Shown here: positions 33,053 through 41,232 of the stretch, in pieces | Layout: each line of letters starts with the position of its first letter | How positions within the stretch are numbered: position 1 is the stretch's first letter | Origin: an uncultured Candidatus Saccharibacteria bacterium | GTDB lineage: Bacteria; Patescibacteriota; Minisyncoccia; Phycocordibacterales; WO2-35-19 | Length of the DNA stretch: 43,301 nt | Reading direction: 5' to 3' | Assembly: GCA_964601125.1 (NCBI GenBank) | Contig: CAZRKB010000001.1 | Span: 6,371-49,671 of the forward strand | Made by a program: the position numbers and the translations under genes | Notes under the pieces: model-generated | What the model was told of the DNA's origin: nothing | The model's input: the letters and a program-made list of their open reading frames with translations, nothing else | Database searches by the model: none

Positions 33053-33670
33053 TTATCCCTTAATTTCAACTAGCGTTCCCCTTCGTCCCGGCACTGCCCC
33101 AGAAACCACCATAGTATTAGAAGTTGGGTCAATGTGTAAAATCTTAACCTTCTTTAAAGTTACCCTGTCGCTACCCATTCTGCCGGCCATCCTCATTCCT
33201 TTTGCAACCCTGCCTCCAGCACGTCCTCCGCTACCACCGATAGACCCCGGCTCTCTTTCAGAATGTTTTTGTCCGTGACTTCTGGGCCCTCCATGGAAGC
33301 CATGCCTCTTTACTACGCCCTGGAAACCTTTGCCCTTTGAAACAGCCGAGAGCGATACTTTTTGGCCCGCTTCAAAAACCTCTAAACCAATTTTTGCTCC
33401 TTTTTCAAAAGAAGCCGAATCATCTACTCTAAACTCTTTTATTATAGCTGGAGCCTCAATGCCCTTTAAATGACCCTTTAAAGGTTTTGACACGTTTTTT
33501 TCTTTACGATATCCGCTACCAACCTGGACCGCGTTGTAGCCGTCTTTTTCTTTAGTTTTTACCTGAGTAACAACAACCGACTCTGCACTCAGAATAGTTG
33601 CAGGCCTGACCTTACCCTCCTCATCAAAGATTTGGGTCATATTCATTTTTTTAGCTAAAACAAATTTCAT
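33053..33670 (-). CDS. rplC: 50S ribosomal protein L3
   Basis: ORF trimmed to MKFVLAKKMNMTQIFDEEG; GKGFQGVVKRHGF motif. Confidence 0.93.
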   Translation of the reverse strand: MKFVLAKKMNMTQIFDEEGKVRPATILSAESVVVTQVKTKEKDGYNAVQVGSGYRKEKNVSKPLKGHLKGIEAPAIIKEFRVDDSASFEKGAKIGLEVFEAGQKVSLSAVSKGKGFQGVVKRHGFHGGPRSHGQKHSEREPGSIGGSGGRAGGRVAKGMRMAGRMGSDRVTLKKVKILHIDPTSNTMVVSGAVPGRRGTLVEIKG

Positions 33671-33756
33671 GGAAATAGACCGGTTAAAAGAAAAACACCT
33701 TTTTCGGCTCAAATAAAGCTAACAGATATCGTCTAAAAACGCAAGGGTTTTGACAT

Positions 33757-33791
33757 AAACAAAACTGCCCCTTTATGGGGCGGTTTTGTTT
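33757..33791 (-). terminator. terminator-like hairpin between rpsJ and rplC
   Basis: Minus strand CCGCCCC-ATAAA-GGGGCAG followed by TTTTGTTT, in a 119-nt spacer inside the S10 operon. Confidence 0.6.
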
Positions 33792-34149
33792 ACATTATCT
33801 TGACATCCACATTTACTCCAGATGGCAATGATAAGTTAGTCAGAGCGTCCATTATTTTAGGAGAAGGGTTAACGATATCTATAACTCTTCTGTGAACCCT
33901 CATTTCAAACTGTTCACGAGCGTTTTTATAGACAAAAGGCGCCCGATTAACCGTATATTTCTTGATTTCGGTAGGAAGAGGTATTGGACCAACTATTTTA
34001 GCGTCATAACGAATAGCGGTATCAATGATTTGTTTTACCGAAACATCAAGAATCTTATACTCATAGGCCATGACTCGGATTCTCAATTTCGAAATAGCCT
34101 CATCTTTTTGAGATTTTGATTTTTTTTCTTTTTTTAATGTGCTCTCCAT
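33790..34149 (-). CDS. rpsJ: 30S ribosomal protein S10 (short N-terminal extension)
   Basis: LRIRVMAYEYKILD and PLPTEIKKYTVNRAPF motifs. Confidence 0.94.
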   Translation of the reverse strand: MESTLKKEKKSKSQKDEAISKLRIRVMAYEYKILDVSVKQIIDTAIRYDAKIVGPIPLPTEIKKYTVNRAPFVYKNAREQFEMRVHRRVIDIVNPSPKIMDALTNLSLPSGVNVDVKIM

Positions 34150-34220
34150 TGTTGAATTGAATGATTTAAAGATTGAATGATTAATTTTTCAATATTTCAA
34201 TTTTCAATCTTTTAATATTC

Positions 34221-35423
34221 CTAGGCGACTATTTTGGTTACTACACCAGCACCCACAGTCTTGCCCCCTTCACGAATAGCAAACTTTTGCTTTTCTTCAA
34301 GAGCGATCGGGGCGACAAGCTTAACCTTAAATTGAGCTGTATCGCCAGGCATTACCATTTCTACTCCTTCCTTAAGAGTCACCTCACCAGTAACATCGGT
34401 AGTTCTGATATAGAACTGAGGTTTGTAGCCTGTAAAGAATGGCGTATGTCGTCCTCCTTCTTCTTTCTTTAGAATATACACTTCTGATTCAAATTCAGTG
34501 TGAGGAGTAACGCTTCCTGTTTTAGCAAGCACTTGACCGCGATGAATGTCCTCCTTTTTAAGACCTCGGAGGAGAATTCCGGCGTTGTCTCCAGCGATAC
34601 CAGAATCAAGCTGCTTGTTAAACATTTCAATACCTGTAACAGTGGTCTTTTGAGCGTCTTTAAGTCCGATGATTTCAACTTCTTCGCCTACTTTAACCTG
34701 ACCTCTTTCAATCTTCCCTGTCACTACCGTACCGCGACCTTCGATTGAAAAGATGTCTTCTATAGGCATCAAGAAAGCCTTCTCAGTATCTCTTACAGGA
34801 TCAGGGATAAATGAATCTACGGTATTGATGAGTTCAAGTACCTTTTGAGCCCACTCATCAGAAGCATCCTTTGCTTCCAGAGCCTTAAGACCAGAACCGC
34901 GGATAATAGGAGTATTTGCGCCGTCATAGCCATTCTTAGTCAAAAGCTCGCGGACTTCTTCTTCAACAAGATCAATAAGGTCAGTATCAGGTACCATGTC
35001 GCACTTGTTTAGAAATACGGCTATCTTAGGCACACCAACCTGCCTAGCAAGGAGAACATGCTCTCTTGATTGAGGCATGAGACCGTCAGTAGCGGCTACT
35101 ACGAGAATCGCACCGTCCATCTGAGCAGCGCCGGTAATCATGTTTTTGATGTAGTCGGCGTGACCTGGGGCGTCAATGTGAGCATAGTGCCTCTTAGGGG
35201 TCCAGTATTCACTGTGGTGAAGGGCGATGGTTATACCTCTCGCTTTTTCTTCAGGAGCATTGTCAATTTTGTCAATTTCTTCGACTCGAGCGCCGTAGCC
35301 CTTATCCTTATTCATGTCAAGAACATGGAGAATACCCGCAGTCAAAGTTGTTTTGCCGTGGTCAACGTGGCCAATTGTACCTACGTTTACGTGAGGCTTG
35401 GAACGATCGAAAGAATCTGCCAT
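34221..35423 (-). CDS. tuf: elongation factor Tu
   Basis: 400 aa; [15 protein letters not shown] and NKCD motifs. Confidence 0.98.
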   Translation of the reverse strand: MADSFDRSKPHVNVGTIGHVDHGKTTLTAGILHVLDMNKDKGYGARVEEIDKIDNAPEEKARGITIALHHSEYWTPKRHYAHIDAPGHADYIKNMITGAAQMDGAILVVAATDGLMPQSREHVLLARQVGVPKIAVFLNKCDMVPDTDLIDLVEEEVRELLTKNGYDGANTPIIRGSGLKALEAKDASDEWAQKVLELINTVDSFIPDPVRDTEKAFLMPIEDIFSIEGRGTVVTGKIERGQVKVGEEVEIIGLKDAQKTTVTGIEMFNKQLDSGIAGDNAGILLRGLKKEDIHRGQVLAKTGSVTPHTEFESEVYILKKEEGGRHTPFFTGYKPQFYIRTTDVTGEVTLKEGVEMVMPGDTAQFKVKLVAPIALEEKQKFAIREGGKTVGAGVVTKIVA

Positions 35424-35541
35424 AACTTTTTAATTAAAATAATGCTAAATAATTTTTAAAAATTGCGACATTTAAAACGCGCATTTATAAGTAATCTACA
35501 TGCTATCAGAATAAGCAAAACTATGCAAGAGCATGTTTCTT

Positions 35542-35585
35542 CCCTCTCCTAAATCCAGGAGAGGGTGCCAATCAGGCGGGTGAGG
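35542..35585 (+). repeat. family 1 element, copy D (variant tail)
   Basis: CCCTCTCC-TAAATCCA-GGAGAGGG-TGCCAATCAGGCGGGTGAGG; 7 nt beyond the stop of the 35592..35891 gene. Confidence 0.8.
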
Positions 35586-35591
35586 TCGAAA

Positions 35592-35891
35592 CTAAGAGAA
35601 TATCCCACTGGTAGCACGCTTGAGGCGCGACATTTCTTCGGTTACCACCTTATCAAAATCCGTCACACGAGTTTTGAGAAAATTTACAATTTTTTGATAA
35701 TCGCTCCCGGCATTATTTATAGTCTGATCAAAATCATTCATTGTATTTTCGTCCATGGCGTCAACTGCCCTCTCAACCACTGACTCAAACAGAAGATTGC
35801 CGATTTTTTCGATCATTCTTTCTTGTTCTTCGCTATCCATACTGGAGAGTCCGAAATCCTGGGCTATTTTTTTCTTCAAATTTTCATCCAT
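35592..35891 (-). CDS. hypothetical small acidic protein (possibly DUF5663-like)
   Basis: 99-aa helical acidic ORF; family assignment from memory only. Confidence 0.45.
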   Translation of the reverse strand: MDENLKKKIAQDFGLSSMDSEEQERMIEKIGNLLFESVVERAVDAMDENTMNDFDQTINNAGSDYQKIVNFLKTRVTDFDKVVTEEMSRLKRATSGIFS

Positions 35892-35898
35892 TCTTTTT

Positions 35899-35904
35899 AT
35901 TTTA
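35899..35904 (-). promoter_or_regulatory. -10-like TAAAAT, 7 nt from the ATG at 35891
   Basis: Read on the minus strand; background is AT-rich, so the call is weak. Confidence 0.3.
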
Positions 35905-35945
35905 ACCTTTTATTTAGATTAAACACGTTAAATTTGTTTATAACC

Positions 35946-38900
35946 TCAAGCCACCCTTTTAAAGATCATCGGGTCCACCACTTTGCCTGGTGCAACATCG
36001 GTAGGTTTCGGCCTAGGATGTTCTGCCACAAATTTACCTAGACGTTTTACATAATCAACCATATTTTCATCTTTATACGGTATTACATCTACACCATCTC
36101 CGCTTGCCCCAGATGCTTTGGTGCCTTCCATTGCCTCTTTTCTAAGAAAATCTATATAGCCGATCAAATTTCGATGCGACTGGGAAACAGAGAGGCTTTC
36201 AACTATTTTTTTGGGTAATTCAGAATCTTCTGGATGTTTGTAATAATCCAAAACCTTTGATGCGTTTTGGGGAGCGATTTCTTTCCATTCTGGGGAACTT
36301 ATCCCTTCCTGTTTTCCTATACCCAAAAACCCTTCTTTTCCATAAATAGTATTTATGTCGTTATTAAAATGTTTTTCTACTTCTTCTGTGGTGATCATTT
36401 CAGCGATCACTCTTTTAGTATCTCCTTCAAGCGACCTTACAGCTTCCACCATCGCATTTTTTCCTTTTCCACCCTCTATTACTTCAAAAGCTGTTTTGTT
36501 TTCGTGAGTAAGAATACCAGCTTTTGCTGATTCAATCTTGTCTTGCATTTCTCTATCTAATGAACTATCTGCGTTTGCATCTACACTTAGACCAACAACC
36601 TCTTCTGTATCCATTTCTACCTCTGTCTCATTAATATCCTCGCCTAGATTCCTAAACGAATCTCCTTTATCCATTATGACAATTGGTTCTGCTTTGGGTT
36701 TTGTATTCAAAATTTCATCTACTGTTTTGCTATCAAGATTTTGCCCCTGATGACTCGGGTCTTTAACCCAAGCAGCAATTTTGGCATCATTTTCTTCTAT
36801 TATCTTGATTCTGTTTTCGGGCAATTTTTCCGCCTTTTCTAAAATTTCATTTATCCATTTTTTATCTTCAAAAAGTTTGGAGTAGTTTACTTCTTTGCCG
36901 ATCAAAATTTCCCCATTTTTTCCTACACCTTCTGCATATTTGCTCGGGTCTCCCAAAACCCTGTTATTAAGGTAGGAAATAACAAGACTTTTTTGTCCCG
37001 AATGCTCTAGTTTTGCAAACCTATCATTATGTTCCATTGTTTCTCTAAGCAGACCCCAATTTGAATCACCTTTTTCCGGCATATGCTTTAAGTTTTCTGG
37101 GCTTAAAAGTTGTGGCGCATTTTCTGCATATATTTTTTCATTGATAGATTTTAATTGATCTTCAGTTGGCACCTTTGGTGCGTTTGGGTGTAATTCATTT
37201 TTTAAAGATAAACCGCCATAATAAGAATCAAGAAACCCTCCCACCGCAACACCCGCACCCGCACCAAGTCCAAAAGTAATAGCGCTTTTTTTCAAAGCTA
37301 GATTTCTTTTTTTATTTTCAGCTTGTTTTTTTAATTCCTCAAATTTTTTGGTTTTCTCTTCAAGAGATTCATGAGAATTCTTTATTTTTTCCTCTTCCTC
37401 CTTTTCCCATTTTTCTACATTTTCAATCTTTGGCCCAATAGTAGCGCCCAATGTAGAGCCAACAAGAGAACCTGCGGCTCTCGCTGTTCTATAACCCACA
37501 GCGCCAAGCACCCCGATGGCCGTCCCCCCCGCAGCAAAAGTTCCCACACCCAAAGCTGCACCAAATAACGCGCTGTTTATTGCAAATTTGGTTAATCTAT
37601 TTTTACCCAAATACCATCTAGCCAGCTTTGTATTCAAAAGAGAAAAAGCTGCTTCCTTGACCTTATCCTTTAAGCTTTCGGATTTATGTTTTCTAAAGGT
37701 ATCCAAATAAGTGTCGCTTTCTTTTTTTAATAACTCCTCATAAATGGTGTCGTGTATTTCTTGCTCCAAAACTCTCTCTTGCTCTGGAGTAAGATTTGAC
37801 CCCGCTTGCCGTCTCAGCGTTTCTTCAATTTTTTTAGCAACGGTTTCTTTATAGTTTCTATACTCCGATCTATTAATTTCAAGCCCAATACTCGACATGC
37901 CCAACTGATCGATCGGGGCATCTGCTCGAGCCAAATCTTCTCTCATTTGTTCAAATTTTTTCCACTCTTCACTTTCTCTCCAGTTTTGCACAGGAGTGCT
38001 TATATTGTTTGGATTTGTAGTAGATTCACCACTCGTTACTGGGACTAGTTCACCAACAAGTATTTCTTCTGTTTTGGGTTTTACAGCTTCTACTTGTTCA
38101 TCTTCTACTGATACCCCATCTTGTGTTTTAGGATTTTCAAGATTCCTTATTATATCTTCTATCCTTTTGATTTCTTTTAACTTTGATTCCAATACTTCAT
38201 CTTTTGTGTGGCCATCTTTTTCCATCGCTTCCAATTCTGATCTTATTTCATCTTTTTGACGTCGCCATTGGTCTATTTGAATCAAAACTTCAAGTTTTTT
38301 TATTTCATCTTCTTTTTGCTGTAAAATATCGTCTTTTTCTATTCCTACTTTTTCTGCTTTACGCAAATCCTCCTTAAGAATTTCTAACTTGGTCGATAAT
38401 TCTGAATCTTTTTCTACACTAGGATATCGGCTTCCATAAGAAGCAGGTTGAGCGAACTCTACGTTTGATTCTTCTCTTGGTCTCAATTCATTTGCCAAAA
38501 CAACTGACGAAAAAGCTGATGGTCTTGGACCTTGAGGTCTGAAATACTGCACCCTCTCCTGCATATCATATTTGTAATCTTCCGGAGTGGATGGTGACTG
38601 AACCACAACATCAGAGATGTCTACTTCGGGCGCAAGTTCTGGTGTCAACTCAACTTGCAGTTCTTCTGGTTTTTTTTCCTCCCCATTTAAATTAATTGAC
38701 TCGTCAGGCTCTGGTGAAGTTGGTGAGGGAGCAGCTTCTTCCTCTGGTTGATTTCGCAAAAAATTTATTATTCCTTCTCCGGTAACACCGACACCTATAT
38801 TTATTTTCCCATCTTTGAGTGATATACCATTTTCACCAACCAAATTTATTTCAGTTTTTTTACCTTTCAACAAAGTAGGGTCTAAATCTATGGCCTCAGC

Positions 38901-39059
38901 AAGAGATTCGTAGATATTAAATTTATGTTGAGATCCCAAAGCTTCAAACTCAGGAGTTCTTGCACTTCGTCCATGAGCCCCAAAAAAGAAGGCTACCTTA
39001 TTTACTGCGTCAGGATTATGAATATCTGGATTTTTATTTAATACTCTGGAGGCTTCCAT
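35946..39059 (-). CDS. large (1037 aa) hypothetical protein: coiled-coil regions flanking central Gly/Ala-rich TM segments
   Basis: Uninterrupted ORF from the ATG at 39059; E/K-rich heptad-like stretches; hydrophobic Gly-zipper segments (ALFGAALGVGTFAAGGTAIGVLGAVGY and AITFGLGAGAGVAVGGFL); no enzymatic motif. Confidence 0.6.
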   Translation of the reverse strand: MEASRVLNKNPDIHNPDAVNKVAFFFGAHGRSARTPEFEALGSQHKFNIYESLAEAIDLDPTLLKGKKTEINLVGENGISLKDGKINIGVGVTGEGIINFLRNQPEEEAAPSPTSPEPDESINLNGEEKKPEELQVELTPELAPEVDISDVVVQSPSTPEDYKYDMQERVQYFRPQGPRPSAFSSVVLANELRPREESNVEFAQPASYGSRYPSVEKDSELSTKLEILKEDLRKAEKVGIEKDDILQQKEDEIKKLEVLIQIDQWRRQKDEIRSELEAMEKDGHTKDEVLESKLKEIKRIEDIIRNLENPKTQDGVSVEDEQVEAVKPKTEEILVGELVPVTSGESTTNPNNISTPVQNWRESEEWKKFEQMREDLARADAPIDQLGMSSIGLEINRSEYRNYKETVAKKIEETLRRQAGSNLTPEQERVLEQEIHDTIYEELLKKESDTYLDTFRKHKSESLKDKVKEAAFSLLNTKLARWYLGKNRLTKFAINSALFGAALGVGTFAAGGTAIGVLGAVGYRTARAAGSLVGSTLGATIGPKIENVEKWEKEEEEKIKNSHESLEEKTKKFEELKKQAENKKRNLALKKSAITFGLGAGAGVAVGGFLDSYYGGLSLKNELHPNAPKVPTEDQLKSINEKIYAENAPQLLSPENLKHMPEKGDSNWGLLRETMEHNDRFAKLEHSGQKSLVISYLNNRVLGDPSKYAEGVGKNGEILIGKEVNYSKLFEDKKWINEILEKAEKLPENRIKIIEENDAKIAAWVKDPSHQGQNLDSKTVDEILNTKPKAEPIVIMDKGDSFRNLGEDINETEVEMDTEEVVGLSVDANADSSLDREMQDKIESAKAGILTHENKTAFEVIEGGKGKNAMVEAVRSLEGDTKRVIAEMITTEEVEKHFNNDINTIYGKEGFLGIGKQEGISSPEWKEIAPQNASKVLDYYKHPEDSELPKKIVESLSVSQSHRNLIGYIDFLRKEAMEGTKASGASGDGVDVIPYKDENMVDYVKRLGKFVAEHPRPKPTDVAPGKVVDPMIFKRVA

Positions 39060-39066
39060 ACCCAAA

Positions 39067-39072
39067 ATTATA
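39067..39072 (-). promoter_or_regulatory. -10 box TATAAT, 7 nt from the ATG of the 1037-aa gene
   Basis: Read on the minus strand. Confidence 0.45.
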
Positions 39073-39136
39073 CGTTAAGAAATTTTTAAATAAAAGGGAA
39101 AACCTGCTCTGTATTAGACTTAGCTATGATACGAAT

Positions 39137-39164
39137 TTGACATGTGCTTTAGTTTGTGTATAAT
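39137..39164 (+). promoter_or_regulatory. near-consensus sigma70-type promoter TTGACA-16-TATAAT (nusA leader)
   Basis: Both hexamers perfect, read directly from the sequence. Confidence 0.7.
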
Positions 39165-39188
39165 GGAGGCGATACTGAAATCAGACGC

Positions 39189-39216
39189 GTCCGCCTTCCG
39201 GCGGACTTTGTGTTTT
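39189..39216 (+). terminator. intrinsic terminator-like hairpin within the nusA leader
   Basis: GTCCGCC-TTCC-GGCGGAC followed by TTTGTGTTTT, ~25 nt after the predicted start site and 68 nt before the nusA ATG. Confidence 0.65.
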
Positions 39217-39250
39217 AAAAGTATTATTAATAATAAAGAAGGCTCGGAAC

Positions 39251-39288
39251 CCCCTTCTCTTAATGTAAGAGAAGGGTTTGGGGATGAG
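39251..39288 (+). repeat. family 1 element, copy E, overlapping the nusA start codon
   Basis: CCCTTCTCTTA-ATG-TAAGAGAAGGG (11 bp) followed by TTTGGGGATGAG; the ATG in the tail is the predicted nusA start. Confidence 0.8.
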
Positions 39289-40519
39289 TTATAAACCTAT
39301 GTTTGACTTAAAAGTTATAAATTCGGTCCTTGATCAACTAAAAGAAGAGAGAGGTATACCAAAAGAAAAGGTGCTTGAAGCCATAGAAATGGCCATAGCA
39401 ACAGCTTATAGGAAAGAATACGGCAAGCGCGGACAGATAATCCGAGCCAAATTCGACATACAAACCGGTGCCATAGAAATGAGCCAGGTCAAAATCGTAG
39501 TAGACGAAACAAAAGTCTTTATGGACAGAGAATCCTTAGAGGAAGCCTTGGCTGAAGCAGAAGAAAAAGACGACGAAAGAGTTTTGTTCAATCCCGAGCA
39601 TCATATCCTAGTAGAAGACGCAAAAAGGATTAAAAAAGGTGCGGTAGTCGGAGATGAGATCATTTTTCCCATCGAATCAAAGGGTGATTACGGAAGAATA
39701 GCCAGCCAGACTGCCAAACAGGTCATAATGCAAAAAATCCGTGAGGCAGAAAGAGAATCAGTACTCAAAGAGTTTGGTGAGAGAGAAGGAGATATAATAA
39801 CCGGCTCTGTGCAGAGGATCGAGCGCGGAAACATATTTATAGATGTAGGCAGAGCGGTAGGCATCATGCCTTATGAAGAACAAATCCCAGGCGAGCGATT
39901 TAGCCAAGGAGAGAGAGTACGCGCTTATCTTTACCGAGTAGAAGACGGACCAAAAGGCGTGGTTTTGAGACTTTCTCGTTCTCACCCCAAGTTCCTTATC
40001 GAGCTTTTCAAAAATGAAGTGCCGGAGCTTGTCAACAATTCGATAGAAATAAAGAGTGTAGCTCGAGAACCAGGGTCAAGATCAAAAGTAGCCGTTGTTT
40101 CAAATGACAACTACATTGATCCGGTCGGATCATTGGTTGGGCAAAGAGGTGTAAGAGTAGCCACCGTAACAAGTGAGCTAGGAGGAGAAAAGATAGACAT
40201 TATAGAGTGGTCAGATAACGCAGCAGAATTTATCGAAGACGCCCTCTCTCCTGCCAAAATAGTGTCAGTTGACATTGATGAAGAAAACAGAGAGGCAAAA
40301 GTGGTGGTTTCAGAAGATCAGCAATCTCTCGCTATCGGCAAAGGTGGCCAAAACGTACGCCTCGCTGCTAAATTAACTGGTTGGAGGATAGACATTAATT
40401 CCATAAAGGGTGAGGAGCTCGGCGGAGCAGAAGGAGTCGACTCCGCTCAAGGCTCCGTCGAGCCGAAGGAGGAAAAGAAGGAAGAAAAGGTAGAAGAATC
40501 AAAAGAGGAAAATTCATAA
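39284..40519 (+). CDS. nusA: transcription termination/antitermination factor NusA
   Basis: S1 and two KH regions (GQRGVRV, GKGGQNVRLA); acidic/lysine-rich tail; the start could be 39284 or 39299. Confidence 0.93.
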   Translation: MSYKPMFDLKVINSVLDQLKEERGIPKEKVLEAIEMAIATAYRKEYGKRGQIIRAKFDIQTGAIEMSQVKIVVDETKVFMDRESLEEALAEAEEKDDERVLFNPEHHILVEDAKRIKKGAVVGDEIIFPIESKGDYGRIASQTAKQVIMQKIREAERESVLKEFGEREGDIITGSVQRIERGNIFIDVGRAVGIMPYEEQIPGERFSQGERVRAYLYRVEDGPKGVVLRLSRSHPKFLIELFKNEVPELVNNSIEIKSVAREPGSRSKVAVVSNDNYIDPVGSLVGQRGVRVATVTSELGGEKIDIIEWSDNAAEFIEDALSPAKIVSVDIDEENREAKVVVSEDQQSLAIGKGGQNVRLAAKLTGWRIDINSIKGEELGGAEGVDSAQGSVEPKEEKKEEKVEESKEENS

Positions 40520-40555
40520 CCCCCTCCCAACCTCTCCCTTACCTTAAGGGAGAGG
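40520..40555 (-). repeat. family 1 element, copy F
   Basis: Minus strand CCTCTCCCTT-AAGGT-AAGGGAGAGG-TTGGGAGGGGG; starts 1 nt after the nusA stop. Confidence 0.8.
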
Positions 40556-40583
40556 TGCCAAACAAAACAAAATTTCACAAAAA

Positions 40584-40607
40584 AGCCCCTGAAATAGGGG
40601 CTTTTTT
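40584..40607 (+). terminator. rho-independent terminator after nusA
   Basis: AGCCCCT-GAAAT-AGGGGCT followed by TTTTTT. Confidence 0.8.
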
Positions 40608-40613
40608 GTACCC

Positions 40614-40642
40614 TTGCAATTTATATCTTATTATGCTATAAT
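40614..40642 (+). promoter_or_regulatory. promoter TTGCAA-17-TATAAT for the 40664 cassette gene
   Basis: Hexamers and spacing read directly; AGGAGG follows at 40650-40655. Confidence 0.65.
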
Positions 40643-40663
40643 ACACGTTAGGAGGTCCATAGA

Positions 40664-41035
40664 GTGGACGACAACAATAAAGAATTTTTTGCAACTTTCA
40701 GATTCACTCCCGACAAAAACCCGGTGGGAGACGCGGTTGGGCGCAAACTCATACTCGCGATCTTGTTCAGTGTTGCTCGAGAATTTCACTCGAAAGAAAG
40801 AGTTTGGTCAGAACTGAAAGAACGAGCAAGTGTTTTTGGAATAAAGGACGTCCTAGATAAATACGAAGACGTTCTGATTCTCCGTGAGGAGATTGGCTCA
40901 ACTTTGAGCCAAATTGACCAATCACAGCAAACATTTGGAAGATTTTTGGATCTGGCCATCAAGGCTGGCTACGACGTGAAGAACGTGTCTATTGACAGCC
41001 TCCTGGATGAAGGAGGAAAAACAAAGACCACCTGA
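40664..41035 (+). CDS. hypothetical protein in a self-contained cassette (own promoter, SD, GTG start, terminator)
   Basis: 123-aa ORF; AGGAGG 8 nt upstream of the GTG; TTGCAA-17-TATAAT upstream; strong terminator downstream; no motif recognised. Confidence 0.55.
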   Translation: MDDNNKEFFATFRFTPDKNPVGDAVGRKLILAILFSVAREFHSKERVWSELKERASVFGIKDVLDKYEDVLILREEIGSTLSQIDQSQQTFGRFLDLAIKAGYDVKNVSIDSLLDEGGKTKTT

Positions 41036-41048
41036 GGACAAGACCAAC

Positions 41049-41087
41049 CCCCCGACGCGGAAGACGCGTCGGGGGTTTTGATTTTTT
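41049..41087 (+). terminator. rho-independent terminator after the cassette gene
   Basis: 11-bp stem CCCCCGACGCG / CGCGTCGGGGG, loop GAAGA, then TTTTGATTTTTT. Confidence 0.85.
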
Positions 41088-41102
41088 AGGTTTTTGGTCT
41101 GG

Positions 41103-41140
41103 CCCCCTCCCTTTAGAGTAAAGGGAGGGTTAGGGAGGGA
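41103..41140 (+). repeat. family 1 element, copy G
   Basis: CCCTCCCTTTA-GAG-TAAAGGGAGGG-TTAGGGAGGGA (11-bp stem). Confidence 0.8.
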
Positions 41141-41232
41141 TTAGTTTGGAAAACGAGCAGATGATACTTTAAATTTATCTTATGGTCTGATATCCTTAAT
41201 TCATAATTCTTTATTCATAATTCAAATTTTTT

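Noticed and set aside
39060-39283. Strand-polarity switch (almost all genes minus to the left, all plus to the right) as a candidate replication origin
   Set aside because: I found only a single 8-of-9 DnaA-box-like site (TGTGTATAA at 39154) and no cluster. There is no dnaA or dnaN nearby and no obvious AT-rich unwinding repeats beyond the general AT-richness. A divergent promoter region explains it. Cumulative GC skew on the full contig would be needed to reopen this.
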